Part shown: positions 12,125-26,285 of the stretch, in pieces | Position numbering within the stretch: position 1 is the first letter of the stretch | Layout of the letters: each line of letters starts with the position of its first letter | From: Camelus dromedarius | Lineage: Eukaryota | Length of the DNA: 64,000 bases | Direction of reading: 5' to 3' | Assembly (NCBI RefSeq): GCF_036321535.1 | Contig: NC_087436.1 | Coordinates: forward strand, 47,556,001 to 47,620,000 | Notes under the pieces: generated by a model | What the model was told of the DNA's origin: nothing | The model's input: only the letters and a program-made list of their open reading frames with translations | Databases searched by the model: none | Program-made: the position numbers and the translations under genes

Positions 12125-13135
12125 AAACAAATTCTTCTGAGAGCCTATTCAGCTCCTGGCACTGTGCTAGATACTGAGGATGTGAAGCTGAAAGACAGAG
12201 TTTGTGATTTCCAGGAGTTTGCAATCTAAAAGCTCAGAAAGACAACTCTGAGGAAAAGAGTGCAGCATGCTAAATGTTATTATAGAACTCTGCTGGCATG
12301 GAGAGGGGCACTTGAGAAGGTGAGCAGGAAGAGAAGATGAGGAGAGTTTTCTGGAGGCATCGAAAAAAGAGCATGCATAAGCACTGTGACTTGAGTGTTG
12401 CATACTTGGGGAAATGTGTGCAGGTGAGTGTTGGTACTGTATAAGGTATACAAGAGGGACCATCAGGAAATGTTTGAACATTTTGTGAAGATAAATGATA
12501 GTCATTAAAAAATTTTAAGCAAGGAAAAGACATGATTATATTTGCAGTTTGAATAACTTAGCTGAAGCCAAGATGAGAAAGAGGGAGGGAGGAATGCTGA
12601 AGTTGCTACACAAACATGTGAAAATGATAAAAATAAACTATGGCATTGGAAGAGAAGATACAGGAAAAGGATCTTAATCAAAATATTTGAGGCAAAATCT
12701 GAAGTGTCTTCTAATTAGTTGGATGTGTGGTGAAGTGAGGGCAAGGAGTCTAGGTTGACTCTTCTTCAGGTTCTGGGTTTGGTGGTTGGGTGGCAGGTGG
12801 AGCCATGCAAGACTGGATGTGTATGTAAGAAAAGGAAGAGTTTGGGGATAAAGAGTGATAGTGAGATGAGTCTGGGGTGTTGGAGCTTTGAGGAAGCTTA
12901 ACAATGGTAGTATGTTCTTTCCTCCTGTTTCTTTTCCCCTTGGAATATTTGTAGATGCCTAGTAGGCACTAGACATGTGTGTCTAGGCTGGAAATAGGTC
13001 TGCAATTAATCAGCATTTAGATGGTAGTTCCAGCTATGGAAATAGATGAAACTGCCCAGAGACATACATGGAGAGTAAAAAAAGAGGAGGTGAAAAACTG
13101 AACTCTGGAGCAAATCAGTATCAGAAGGACAGAGG
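12125..13135 (-). mobile_element. L2 LINE, 3' ~1 kb
   Basis: ggcactgtgctagatactgagg (antisense L2 3' end), ttttaagcaaggaaaagacatgattatatttgcagttt, cagcatttagatggtag. Confidence 0.78.
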
Positions 13136-14699
13136 GCTGTGGATTTATTAAAATATGTCATTTTCTATGTTATATTTCTAACTGCATATTTCAGGTGGAT
13201 AGAAGATTGGATGTGTTGAATTTGGCTTGAGAAGCATTCCAAGAGTTTTGTGAAAATCCGTAAAAACAAGTAGGTTCACTCAGTGGAGTCCAGTAGTGAC
13301 ATAATTTTGAGATAAAAATTTTTTTTTATAGCAGCAAAGACAAGGGCAACTAAAGTGCTGATTATTATTAGTTATAAAAGTGTACCTACTGATAAACCAA
13401 AATTCTGAATTGGTGCAACTGACAGAGCCTGGTTATGAGCCTTATAGCTGAGAATACATTTACTTGATATACTGTCAATACCTGGATGGATTCTCTGCCA
13501 CATCCAGGGAGATTAGATCACATTTTTGTTGTTCTTTTGCTGTTAACTCTTTTTGTTTGTTCAGTTCTTTGCTCTACAGAGAAAAACTGTTCTTAAGACC
13601 TTTTTTTTTTTTTTTTTTCCTATCCTGGCTGTCTTCATTTTCAAACCAAGAGGGTCATCTCCAGCCAACTTTCTCTCTGAAAGGCTTTCTTCTCTTTTCT
13701 CCAAATAAAAAGCTATGGTCTAAATATAAACAAATACACTAGAAGGAACTACATATGCCTGCGGTTTGTTATAAAGGTGTTATGATGGTGGACAATGGGA
13801 CTCTGTGTGGCTATCCAGTAGGCAGACTGCTGGGCCCTTATAGAAGAGGAATGGGAGACAGAAGATGCCTAGATGAGGTAGCTGGGTGTTAAGAAAGGCT
13901 CACTCATGCAAGTCAAGCTGGAAATGGGATTATTATATAGCAAAAACCAAAAAGCCAAAACAAAGCAGTGATTATCAGTCTTGGAAAATATAAATGAATT
14001 TTCTCCCTCTTTATTTTTATCCTTGAGACCCAGTCCAGGAATTCTGTCATTTGGAGCCCGCTATATGCACACTTGGATACTCATGCTGTGTCTGTACTGC
14101 ATTCTGAGCTGCCCAGGATTTGAATTGGTATGAATCCCATAATGAGTCCATGAAGGCACCTCTCTGGCTTTCTTCTTCCTCTCTCTTTTCCCTATGGAAA
14201 CACAATTTTATTGTAGCTTATCCTCCTCACCTCCATCTCCACTCCCAAGCCATTCTGTACTGAGTAGGCATCCAGGTTGCTGATTCTTAGCTAATCTGAT
14301 AAACCAAATTTATGCTAATATATTTATGGCTAAGAATTAGAACTCCATGTTTCTCTGTGCATATCAAGAGAACAAGTTCCTAGAGATGGTAGCCATTGAG
14401 ATACAATGGACTCTTCTGTCTTTCTTACCCAGTAGGATGACTTTATAGGTAAAGATGTCAGGGAAAGGTTGTAAACCTTGACAGCAGGATTTTGTAGATA
14501 ACTGGCTGATTAGTTTATTTAAGCAAAAAGTTGGACCTTTTTCAAGTCACCCTTCTATTTAGAAGATTAAATCAGAACGTCACAGACCAAGCCTGCTATG
14601 GGTCAAAACACAGGAAATTAAATTTAACCTATAAATGTATGTTGAGGAAATTTTTATGGAGTGAAGAGAGTCAGACCCACTATAATGAGCTCACTCATT

Positions 14700-15095
14700 A
14701 TAATACTGTTGCTCCAGCCACACTAGCTTCCTTCTCTTCCTTGTATACAACAAATACACTTCTTCCTCAAAGCTTTCCACTTGCTGTTCCATGATGGGTG
14801 CTCTCACTTTAGATACCTACCTGATTTGCTCCCTCATTTTCCTCACTTCTCAGATCTGACCACCCTCTGTAAAACAGTATCACTCCCATCTCTATCTCTA
14901 ACCCTATTTTTCTTCAGGGCACTTACATATTACTGAATGATACATAGTTTTGTGTTTACTTGTTACAGTCCATCTCTCTTACAAGCTCCTTGAGGTCAGG
15001 AATTTGCCTCCTGCTGTATCTATCCCCAGAGCCTAGTTCAACGTTCACCACATAGTAGGTAGTTAATCAATATATTTTCAATAAATAAATGAATG
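14700..15095 (+). mobile_element. L2 3' end
   Basis: ctccagccacactagcttcc...aagctccttgaggtcagg...catagtaggtagttaatcaa...aataaatgaat tail. Confidence 0.8.
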
Positions 15096-15274
15096 GTAGA
15101 GTTGAGCATAGAACCTGGGCTTCTGGAGTTCCAATCCAGTATTCTTTTCATATGGTTTAGTTCTCATCTCTCAAGGTTATTCTGTTCCCTTTTCTTGCCT
15201 TCTATATAAACACTTCATACCCACGCAGGCAGAAATACACTTACTAGGCACTTCTTAGGGGCATTTCCTTGGCT

Positions 15275-15457
15275 GGTGGTTTCTGTTGTTTAAGCACATT
15301 AGAAACAACATGGAATCTTAACAGTGCAGATTTCCAGGCCTCAAGCCCTGTGCTCTGGATTTAGTAGGTTTGAGGTGGAGTCTGAGAAGCAGCATTTTTA
15401 ACAGTACTGTAGGAGATTTGGAAACTAGTGGTTGTGTGACTATCTTTTAAGATGCAC
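15275..15457. mobile_element. MER5A-like hAT-Charlie MITE
   Basis: cacattagaaac...gtgcagatttccaggcctc...tagtaggtttgaggtggagtctgagaagcagcatttttaaca. Confidence 0.65.
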
Positions 15458-15458
15458 C

Positions 15459-15760
15459 TTTTTTTTTTTTTTTTAAATTGAGGTACAGTCGATTACAATG
15501 TGTCAATCTCTGGTGGACAGTACAATGTCCCAGTCATGCATATACATACATATATTCGTTTTCATATTTTTTTCCATTAAAGGTTATTACAAGATGTTGA
15601 ACATAGTTCCCTGTGCTATACAAAAGAAACTTAAAAAAATTTGCTTTTATATATAGTGGCTAACATTTATAAATCTCAAACTCCCAAGTTTATCCCCTCC
15701 CACCCATTTTCCCATTAACCATAGGATTGTTTACTGTGTCTGTCAGTCTGTTTCTGTTTA
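15459..15760 (-). mobile_element. Lineage-specific L1, 5'-truncated 3' UTR with poly(A)
   Basis: T17 tail followed by aaattgaggtacagtc...ggttattacaagatgttgaacatagttccctgtgctatac...gtctgtttctgttt. Confidence 0.85.
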
Positions 15761-17102
15761 ACATAGACCCTTTGTGACAGCAGATTCCTTCAGGCTCTAT
15801 TAGAACCCCTTCTTTTAGGTTTTTTACCATGGGTCAGTTAGACTGCAGACAATCAGCAAATTTTGTGCTAATTGCACCATAGAATCCATTTAGCAGTGCT
15901 ACCTCTCCACCATAGGCAGGATAAAGCAGAACAGAAGTGATTGGTTGGGGAGGAAAGGATGAAATCTTAATTGACAGTATGTTGGCCCTTGTGTGTCAGT
16001 ATGTCTGAAGGCAACATGGATGTCAAAGCAGAGGGGGTCATTCCCAGAATGTTAGGAAAAAGTGCTTTCAAGCCTGGAGCTGTTTCTGTCTTCAGCTCTA
16101 CCTAATGAAAAATGGAGACTTCTTCATAGATCCATAATCACTTTGAGTCGTATTTCTAGGATTGTGATGTTCATTTCAATGGTTAACTGCAAGAGAGGAA
16201 GAACAGGAGAAGGCATAGAGGAACAATAAGAGAGGCAGAGGTTACAAAAGTTTGCAGATCCTTAGCCATTTATCTGGGAAGGGCATGAGGTTTTTAGGAA
16301 TGCAAGTAAATGGCTGGCTTCGAAGAAAGTGGGCACCAATCTATTCAGGTTGTTTTGTAGATCAAAGGGGATCCTGTGTATAAAACACTTAGCAAAGTGC
16401 CTGACAAATAATCATCACAATAAATGATAGTTATTATTGTTATTAATAAATGCGGTATGGTTAAGCAGGAAATCCCCATGCTTCATTCAACCTCATGGAT
16501 TTCCCAAATTTGTCTAGCCTATGGTGAAAAAACATGTTTAACATATACAAAGTGTGTTTAGCTTTTCAAAAGCAAACAAACAAGCGATACTCACTTAAAT
16601 GATGGTATACTTATTTTATCATCACTGTGGTACTTAAGAGTTCATCGTGCCTTCCAACCATTTCCCTAAAGACTTCATTAAATTCAGTAAAATCCAAAAT
16701 ATATTTGGCCAAATGCTTTTTTTCCTTCATTTTTGAAGCTGTGTGCTTGGAAGAAAACTTATTCACATGTTATTAATTATTTGACACATAATTAAGGACT
16801 TCCAAACAGTTAAAAAACATTTCCGAGATTTATTTTCTGTTAGAAAATTGGAGTTGCCTTTGGTTTCATTTTGGACCAAAACGCTTAACCATTTCAGCTC
16901 CATTCAGGCAGGAACAACTCTTTTTGCCTACCCACGTATTCCCAGGAATTAGCACGAGCCTGGCAAATAATAGATGCTCAGTATTCACTGAATGAATGAA
17001 CCATCAGGTGACTCAGATTTTGTGATGCCAGTATGTATTTGCATTCAAGGGTCATGACTTGAGTGTTTTCTTCCTAAATAAACTCTATGTAATCGTAATA
17101 GG

Positions 17103-17527
17103 TTTATTAGCTCCTAGGGATGCTATAACAAACTACCACAAACTGAGTGGCTTAAAACAGTATAAATCTATCGTCTCCTAGTTCTGGTGCCCAGAAGTCC
17201 AAAATCAAGGTGTTAGATGGACTGTGTTCATTCTGAAGGCTCTAGGAGAGAATCCCTTTTTGCCTCTTCCAGCATTACTGATGGGCATTTCTTGACTTGT
17301 GACTGCATAGCTCCCCTCTCTGCCCTCCTTTCTTTTGTGTGTCTTCTCTATCTCTTATAAGGAAACTTGCCATTGGATTTAGTGCCCACGTGGATAATCT
17401 AGATGATTTCATCTTGAAATCCTTAACTTGATTACATCTGCAAAGTTGCTTTTTCTAAATGAGATTGAATTCACTGATTCTGGGACGTGGATGTATCTTT
17501 TCGAGGGCCACCATTCAGCCTACAACA
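17103..17527 (-). mobile_element. MaLR solo LTR (MLT1C-like)
   Basis: gctataacaaactaccacaaactgagtggcttaaaaca...cagaagtccaaaatcaaggtgt...gggccaccattcagcctacaaca. Confidence 0.88.
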
Positions 17528-17719
17528 ATGAGTTAATGGAAACTTCAACATTTATAGTGGAGTTATCCCTCCCCTGACGTTTTTCTCACTACATCACTGT
17601 ATACAGATTTTTTGAAGTTTTTGTAATCGAAAGGTTGAGGACTTGGTTTTAGTTTTGGCCTGATTTAAGATAGAAAATGGGGGAAAATAAAACGAACATT
17701 TCACCTACAGATGGGAAAA

Positions 17720-18330
17720 ATACGGTGAATGTTGATAACTGGTGGGTGGAGAGAGGAAGTGAAGTAAGTGCTCAAGAAGTAACATTATGCCCAAGTTGAT
17801 GATGTCTGCATGATATATTAAGGATGGGTATTTGAAACATAGTGATTTGAGTGGTGACAAATGCAAAAGAATAGTGATTATGATGGTATAAAATGGGCCA
17901 TTTTGTAATAATCTCGGTGTTTTACTCTTTGAGAGAAAAGTGATTTGTGTGGAGAATTGATAAGTCATAGGATCAACAGTTTGAAATTAAAGCCCCATGA
18001 AGACTACTGATCAGGAAAAGAGACCTGGGCTTCTACGCTGAAGCCATCTACATTCAATCTGGCAGTAGTAAAATGCAGTCTTAGAGTGCATAATAGCAAA
18101 AGAAATAGTACATCCACAGTAAGTTATTCCAACATTAAATAAGAAGCCAGAGAAAACACTTTTGGAATTATTGTAATTCTGGTCAGCATTTTATTGTGAG
18201 GAAACCTTTGTGGAAATTGAAAGTGTTCTACAGGTGGCAACTTTTATTTTTCAAGCAGAGTGAGGATAAAAAATTTTGCTAAAAATGGGCCAGTATTACT
18301 TAAGTGAAAGAATTCTTGAGAAAAAGGAGA
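17720..18330 (+). mobile_element. Ancient CR1/L3 LINE relic (RT C-terminal region)
   Basis: Ordered degenerate motifs DKCK (~17855), KRDLG (18016-18030), NAVLECI (18072-18092), FWS (~18177) and ESVLQVAT (~18219). These parallel CR1 KCK..EKDLG..NAILGCI..FWSP..ERVQRRAT. Confidence 0.55.
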
Positions 18331-20349
18331 TGTCATGGAGTCAAAAATCTCCTGAACAGGAAAGAATACACTGACTAGGTCAGAAATAGAACTTCAGCAC
18401 CACAGGAAGAGCTTGGTGCATAAAACACTTGGTGAAGAACCCAGCAGTAATTCAAACAGAGTTTCTTTTGTTCTAAGGTTTAATTGCTGAAGTGGGATTT
18501 TAATACATGGCCTTTTGTAAAAAAAAATAACTAAAATTTATTTATAACATCTAGTGGTAGACTAGTCATACAAATACGTATTTGCAAAAATGGAAAGCAC
18601 CTGCAACTTTGGGGGTTAAGAAAAACTGAATTTATATTTGGGGTCTCAAGGGAAAATTGTAAATCTGTCTTTTCCTGTAAGTGGGAATTTCCTTTGGTGA
18701 ATTCATTATCAAACTCGTGCAGTTTAAGTCAAATAGTAAGGATGTTATTGAAGATATTTGGGATTTATGCAGAAAGGAAAGTTTATACTTGTCATATGAA
18801 CGTCCCTGTTTATATACAAATAGATTCTTACCATTTATGTCCTTTCAAAATAACTGAGCTAATGATATCCTTATAGCTTCAGTTTCTGCTTACACCATTC
18901 AGATTCCCTTTTCTTTTGGTCTTATGTAACCAGGATTCCCTCTCCCTGTTTTTCCACCTCTAGTCATACAGACACGGGGTATCCACTCTTTTCTATATTC
19001 TGACAGCATCTACATTGTAAGTCAAATTGTCCCAACGAGGATTTTTTTGTAAATTTGTTTGGAATTTAAAAGAAATAAATTTTATATATAATCCAAGAAA
19101 CTCATCCTTGATTGCTGAAAAATATAATTATCCCATTAATTCAGACTTTTTTCAGTTTTAATTACCAGTGTGAGAATGAGTTGCTGATTATGTCCCCACA
19201 GAGGCTAACTCAACCCATTCATCTAATGTTCTTTTCTCCCTCAAATGTCCTGCCACTTATTTTCTGATGTATAAATGAATTTTGAAGATTTATTTTTAAA
19301 TTTTCAAACTCCCAGAGCAAAGGCCACTCTGAGAGCAGCATGGAGCTTTGGGATAGCACATGATAATTAATTGAGGAGTAGAAAGAAAGAAATGTAATTT
19401 ATATTTTTGTGTGTGTTTATGTAAAAAAAACCAAGAAAGAAATTAAGTTTTACTAATATTCTATTTAATGTATGGATTGCTAGCACATGTATATACTTTA
19501 TAGTTAAATATACACATACTGTATATGCCAAGTCCCATTGGCATTTTCTTTTCATTATATTTTTTACCATTAAACTTTAGATTTCAAAATGTTTTAAAAA
19601 TAAGCAACTTATTCAGTAATACTTCAGAACTTTGAATTTATGTTTCTCTGATATGCATTTTTCTTCCTGAAAGTCTTCCCTTTCTGACATATAAGGAAAC
19701 ATGCCACAAAGCTTTGTCAGAATTTCTTCTTGCTGCAGTACCTGGGCAGTGAGCAGGAGTGCCTGGAAGCCTTGTAAAGTGACCCATGTGACGTTGCCAA
19801 TCCCAAGAGGCTGAAATAGTGACTGTTTTTCATTTTTATGTCTATTTTGAAGATTTGGTCTATTATATTCCTTTCTCCTTTCTATTTTTCTCCTCTAATT
19901 ACTGCATTAAAATACAGAATCATCTGAAATTTCCTCTTTGAGTACTCAGTTCAGCCTAGCTCAAATTCAGTAACTTGACAAATCTTGGTTTTAACAAGAG
20001 ATTCCAGTTTTGGTCAGTTTTTTCAGGAAAGGGGTAGGGGCTTTAGTGCTGCAACTGGCATGTGTGACCAGATTAGTTTCAAGATAGGTGTGTTCTCTTC
20101 CCTGCTAATTTCACTGGTAGTTCTGCTATTGGGGTTTGTCTTTCTGCAGCAATTTGTTAGTCTCTGCTTACAACAAAAATTTTAGATTTTAGCTCGTTGA
20201 AAATAAGACAGATCTTAGTAAATGTGATGATGTGGTCACAGTGTGAAAACTTTTCTTCTTACTGCCTTTTTCTGCACTTATGACTTTATTTGTCTTTCTT
20301 AGAAAAAGAAATCCCCATTCCTAAAATGTTCGAATCCTCAAAATTTGTC

Positions 20350-20540
20350 TTCATTTCCATTAAGAAATACTGAGTATATACTACATTCCAGGTATTGTGC
20401 TAAGGCATGGAGCTCTCATCAGAACTGACCCAGTCTTTACCCCTCAAGGAATTTATACTCTATCGAGAAATTCAGACAGTAAAGAAGTCATTGCATATAT
20501 AATAAATGTTGTAAAAGAAGAACTGAAAGGTGCTGGGAGA
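20350..20540 (-). mobile_element. L2 3' end fragment
   Basis: actgagtatatactacattccaggtattgtgctaagg...ccctcaaggaatttatactcta. Confidence 0.65.
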
Positions 20541-21719
20541 ATGCCTGTTTTAAAGGCATTGTTTAATCAGATTTCCCGTGGAATGAGGCTAAGAAGGCCT
20601 CAGGGTCCCGTTTACTTTCTCCTGCTCAGCCCACGTGCTCCTACTTTCCACCTTCACGCAAACAAGACTGCGATGAGGAGGACGATGGGAGCATTGCTCA
20701 CTTCCCTGCAGTTCTTTTAATCTGATTTGTATCCAGATATAAAAGTGGGATCAATTTTAGATTATTTTAAAGCACTGTTTGTGGGTGTAGCTAGTTGTTT
20801 TCACCAGTAATGTGGAAACTTCTGACGACTTTCCTCAGTGTGGTTCAAAAGTTTCATTGACCCAGCTGCCATTTTCCCAGTGTCTTAGGCCAAACACAGT
20901 GATGAACGGAGGGTGATTTGGATGTGAAACTCCTAGATATAATCTTGTGTTTTAGCGAACCAATAAAAAGTTAAGGTTTGAAAGTTTGGGGACTACATGG
21001 TGTTTACAGTTGTATTTATTGTGAAGTAACTATTTTGCAGCTGTTCTTAAGATGTGTAATGATCTGCTTATAATCTTGCACTATGCACAGATCAATTAGC
21101 TTATATAAACAATTTGGATGACTTGAGAGCTCTTAAAACAGAATTTCTTCATTTAAACTCACTTCATCACACACACACACATCTGTATTGTATGTCCCTG
21201 AGCGCACATGCATGCATGTTATTAAATGTATCCTTGCAGATTCTTGGGGAGTACACTCTATTACATCTGAGAGACAGGGATAGTACTAACATCAGACATG
21301 CTTACTTTCTAAATTCATAGATTATCTTATTAGAAAGTTTTTTTTTTTTTAATATCCTTACAACTGAAAAAGGATGAATTAGGTTAAATTATGTTATCCT
21401 GATCATGGACTTGTATACCTTGATTTATCCTTCATATAGAGCTTTCATATTTCCAATTTGTCTAACAACCATAGTACAAAATAATCCTATAGGTATCTGA
21501 AAAAAAGATGAAAAAACAGAATCAGAAAGTAATGGAGCAAGTTGGTAGCAGAATCAAAAGTAGAATACAGAGCTTCATATCCTTCAGCTTGTGCTTACTT
21601 TCTAGGGCCATATTGCTTTTCTTGACCACAGAAGAGCTAGTGGAATGCCTTAAGAATTGGGTTACAAAGATTAGGGAAATAATCCTTTGAGAAATTTCCA
21701 GTGAGAAAAGTTTATAGAC

Positions 21720-22000
21720 TCTCTTAATTAGATTGATTTAGGACATAATCTTCTTAACTATGCTTTGTAGGTTCTTTGTTCAAAAAGTTGGGGAAAATTG
21801 TATTAAAATTAAAATTTTCCTTTTTCTTTTTTTTTTTTAAACTGTAGGACTTTACCGAATCTTTCAAATTTCAACATACCCTATAACTAACTAAAGGAGA
21901 AAAATAGCTTGCTGCATTTTTCTAACTTATTTGACCCAACAAACATTCTTTTGAGGGACCCTTATTCATATTTCATGGATTAGAGTTTAGAAATTATTTA
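21720..22000. mobile_element. hAT-Charlie-like DNA transposon relic
   Basis: actgtaggacttt...gcatttttctaacttatttgacc resembles old Charlie-family MITEs. Confidence 0.4.
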
Positions 22001-22188
22001 TCTAGGACAGTGACTCTCATTGTGTATCTTTCCATTTGATATAACAGTCTGTACACTTGAGAGCTGCTTCAGAGTATAAAGGGTAGGAAGGTGTCATGTC
22101 TTGTATGAGTGAAGATTCTAGCCAGTATATGGAGAAAAGAGATTTCCAACTAAAGAAATTTTATTTGAGTACCATTGTTATGAACTAA

Positions 22189-22561
22189 ATGTTATGGGCT
22201 AAATGTATCACCCCAGAGTTGACATGTTGCAGTTCTAACTCTCAGTGAGTCTGTTTGGAGTAAGGAAGTAATTAAGGTTAAATGAAGTCATAATGGCAGT
22301 TCCTTATCCTATAGGATTAGTGTCCTTATAAGAAGAGACACCGGAGAGCTTCCCCTACTCCTATTTCCCTATGTCAGTGCTCAGAGGAAAGGGCATTTGA
22401 GGACTGAAGCAAGAAGGCAAATATCTGTAAGCCAAAAACCAAACCTTGCCGGAATTTGAGCTTTGACTTTCCACCTCCAGAATTGTGAGAAAATAAGTTT
22501 CTTCTGTTTAAGCCATCTAGTGTATTGTATTTTGTTATGGCAAGCTGAATAAACTAAGACA
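22189..22561 (+). mobile_element. MaLR solo LTR (MLT1A/B-like)
   Basis: tgttatgggctaaatgt...taattaaggttaaatgaagtcata...gtgtccttataagaagagacac...ctccagaattgtgagaaaata...actaagaca. Confidence 0.85.
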
Positions 22562-25500
22562 GACTTTAAGGCTAAAGAATCACTAGATTTTGTTTAAAAC
22601 AAATGGGAAAAGGTACTCTTTTGCTGCAGTTACTACCAGGTGAGATTTTCAATAAGGTAAGTGGAATGGAGACAAAGGAAGTTGCCCTCAGATATGGAGG
22701 AAACAAAAGAAGTAAGAGGAAGCATGGAAATCTTCATAGAAAAGGCTTCATGTTGTGGCCTCAAAATACATTCTCCTCACCTTTTTTATCAAGTCATTAA
22801 GGATCAAAAATGAAGTGGCAATGTGGTGATGGAGGAGCAATGATGGAAGTGGCATGAGGAGCATGAAGGCATCGTACACTGCACATGGAGTGGTCCCCTC
22901 ACATCAGGTAGCCTTTGGTGAGCCCTCCTTCCTGGCCACTGAATCTCAGAATCCTTGTCCTCAGACTCAACCTCATTAATTCCTGCTTCTTGAATGATGA
23001 TGTCAGTGGTGGAGCTCTCTGTGTGTTCACAATGATTGAGGCCCCAGCCTGACCCCAGCTTGGCCTCAGCTCGCATCTGCTGTTCCTGTCTAAGGTAATC
23101 AGTAACTATATGATCAGGAAAAGTAGTTTCAAAACTTCTTTTTTTTCCATTTTTTTTTAATGTAACAACATATGTGGGAGAGATCTCATAACCACCCACC
23201 TTGCAAAAGACTTACTTAGAAAACTTAAACGGAAAAGAACCACAACTATTACACTATCTCCAATGGTGAATGGGTCTTTGTGTGTATGTGTGTGTACACA
23301 TGTGAAGGGAATCCACTTACACTGATTTTAAGAATGTGATTCAGTTGTATAGATTTAAAATTTTATGATTTTATATTATATTTTATTTATGAGTCACATC
23401 AAAGTATTTAGCAGGAACTTGTGGTTTTAAAAATATCATCAGACACAAACGTGCGGGTATGAAAAAATCATCTGGCTTCCAGTGTGATACAGCACATGGT
23501 TTCTCCAGGTGAACAGGAGAATGGACATTTGAGTGAGACTCAGAAGAGCCCAAAGTCCATGGAAGGATTGCTTTGACTCAAACACTGCACAGACCTGTCT
23601 TCACGTTGGAGATCTGAAACATTGCATGAAAACAGACACAGGTGTTGGCCAGGCCCAAGAACCAAGCGTGCTTTGTGTGTATTACACACAGTGACCCCTT
23701 CTCTTGGGAGATCAGATTGCAAATGAAAACTGGGAGCAGCACTTTGGAAACTAACAAGTGCTGATCTCTGGGTGATGCCCTTTTCCTTTTGGATATGAGT
23801 TTGCTGCAATTCATGAGGACATCTTAGCAGTGGGTCGAAGATATTCGAAGTCTCTTTCTTCCATTGGTGTCCTTACTTGTGTATTTAAATACAGACCAGC
23901 AAACAAAAGCACCCTAAGTAAAACAATTAAATACGCAGTTAGTTTTAGGAAATTCTTGTAACAGTCACATTTTGGTGATTCCATCCATTACTACTTTTGT
24001 CTTCTAAGTCACCACTCTATTCGTCTTGCGGAAACAAAACGATAGCCTGGAATCTTCTTCAGAACTGCCTTGAAATCAGAAGCATCCAGACAAGAGGAAC
24101 GTGAACAAGGGTATCCCGTTTGGAGCTGATAGCTTCTCTTCCTTTCGCTTCACTCTGATAACTATGTCACAAAAGTGAAAAGCAGTTACTTGACACAATA
24201 TTCAGATTAGGACACTAGATTTTTTTCTTTGGAAGAATTACCTGAGAAAGAGAACCTTTGGATGTAGATCAAACTGCTGCACTGAAGAAACAAAACTGAG
24301 GACCAGTGAGAGGTTAGCATCAGTGAAAAGACTCTCACCATCTGCTAAATATGCTATTTCACCATGGTGACTTAAGAAACCAAGAATGTCCTTAAAATCT
24401 GCTTTGGAAATCTTTTCCTTTCAAATCCTCTTAGCAACCGACACATATTATTGTCTTAACAGTGCAATGAGACTACAACAAGCACACTTACGTAACCAGG
24501 TGAGAGAGAGACTTGTAACACAGTTCAGTTCTAGAGGCTGAAATCACTTGTGTCTCAGGGAAGGGGCTGTGAGGGAGAACCTCCTGCAGGTATTCTGTGG
24601 AAGGCTAACAGTGCCTCTAGTCTGCCTCCCTTAATTCTTTGCATTGAAGGTTTTCTGCAAGAAGTAGAGGTGAGTGTACTTAATGTTGGTGAAAGCTTGG
24701 AAAGCTTTCTCTGGCAGGAGAAAGAGCCAACTGCAATCAGCTCTCATTCTCGCTATAAAACACAGCAACAGGACAAACACCAAAGAGGCTGTGATATTAA
24801 TTTCCTTGAGTATTTTCTAAACATTCCAAGCTCCTTCAGGTAAATTCCACATCCTCTGCCTCCCCAACCCCCAACCTTGGTTTTTGTTTTAGTAATCTCA
24901 GGGGAAACTAGTCTCAAGGGATGTTTCTAGAGGCCATATATTTCAATAGGGTTGAAATAGAATCTTACCTACCAAGGTAAAAATATCTTCCTTACATGTT
25001 CAGATCCCCTCTATAGAGACCAGTGTATTGGGGAGAATGAAGCAGGGGACTCACCCAGCCAAGATTTGCCTACTTATGGAAGTTGCTAAAGCAATCCATC
25101 TTTCATTCAGAGATTCCAGTGTACACTGAAAATGTCAACACATTAATCTTCACATCACCCTTAAATGTTGATTCTGTTTTCAATACATGAACAGAGTAGT
25201 AGCCAAAGTATAGAGCTTATGTGCTTTGCATGGTACTGCAAAAAATGTTCAAGCTTGAAATTTGGGTGCTAAGCAAAATTAAGAAATAATCATGCTTTCA
25301 GTTCTCCAATATCACCCCATTCTATTTACTTCCACCTACTTCCCCCAAAGTCTATCTGCCAATCTCTTTACAACAGTAACTTCAGATACTGTTTGGGAAA
25401 CAGTCAGACTTTTGATATGGATATCTCTATCAGAGGTGGAACAAAGGATCAAGACAAGAACTCTGGCTATCCCTCAATCTTTGAGAAGGATGAAGGTGCA

Positions 25501-26139
25501 AATATAAATTGCTGGAGAGACTATAAATATCACTGGGGAGCAGTGATCTGGACTGTAGTGACTGAGAACAAAGAAAGTCTGAAAAAGAAAAAGCTGTGAG
25601 TGGAAGATTCATTTTTTGCTCCCTAAGATTTTCCTAGACAAGAGGAGATGAAGGGCAGAAGCACAGGGAGAGGGTTCTTGCAGTAGAGTGAAGTGGTGAA
25701 GATGTTAGGACGAGGAAGAACTTTAGGTGCAGCAGTGGTGTTGGCTGATGGTGGCAGTGATGGCTGTGAAGGAGGAGGGGGAGGACCACGAAGGTGAGGC
25801 AGTGCATATTAACTGCTGGGCACAATGCTGGGCACATAGCCTACTGGATGGTTGGTACCATGAGAGCAAGCAAAAGTAAACCTGAGGCTTATGTTATAGA
25901 AACAAATCACAGGATCAAAGTTCTCTACTTTCAAGCTTGTGTGAAAAACCCCTAGCTTTTGAGAAAGTCTCAAAATCTTGAAAATCTCTTGGTAGAGCCA
26001 AAGAGAGACAATTGATAGGGTTACTCTGAATCAAATAAAGAATAAGAATTTGCAAAACTCTTCCTCCCTCTTTTTTTCTGTTAGATTCAATGTGTTATTT
26101 GAATTTCATTGCATAATCAACCATTGCATTTCCACATAG

Positions 26140-26285
26140 TCTTCCTTAATTCTGATAAAAATCCTGTGGCATAGATTTAGGATAATTTTAATTTTACAGA
26201 TGAAGAAATGAGGTTCAGAGAAGTGGAAGTAAATTACCTAAGGTCAGCAAGTATTAGAATCAGACTCAGACTCAGTCCCTCCAAT
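26140..26285 (-). mobile_element. MIR fragment
   Basis: attttacagatgaagaaatgaggttcagagaagt...cctaaggtca. Confidence 0.75.

Noticed and set aside
13195..13272. Plus-strand exon candidate after tttcag
   Set aside because: There are stops in all three frames and no convincing donor.
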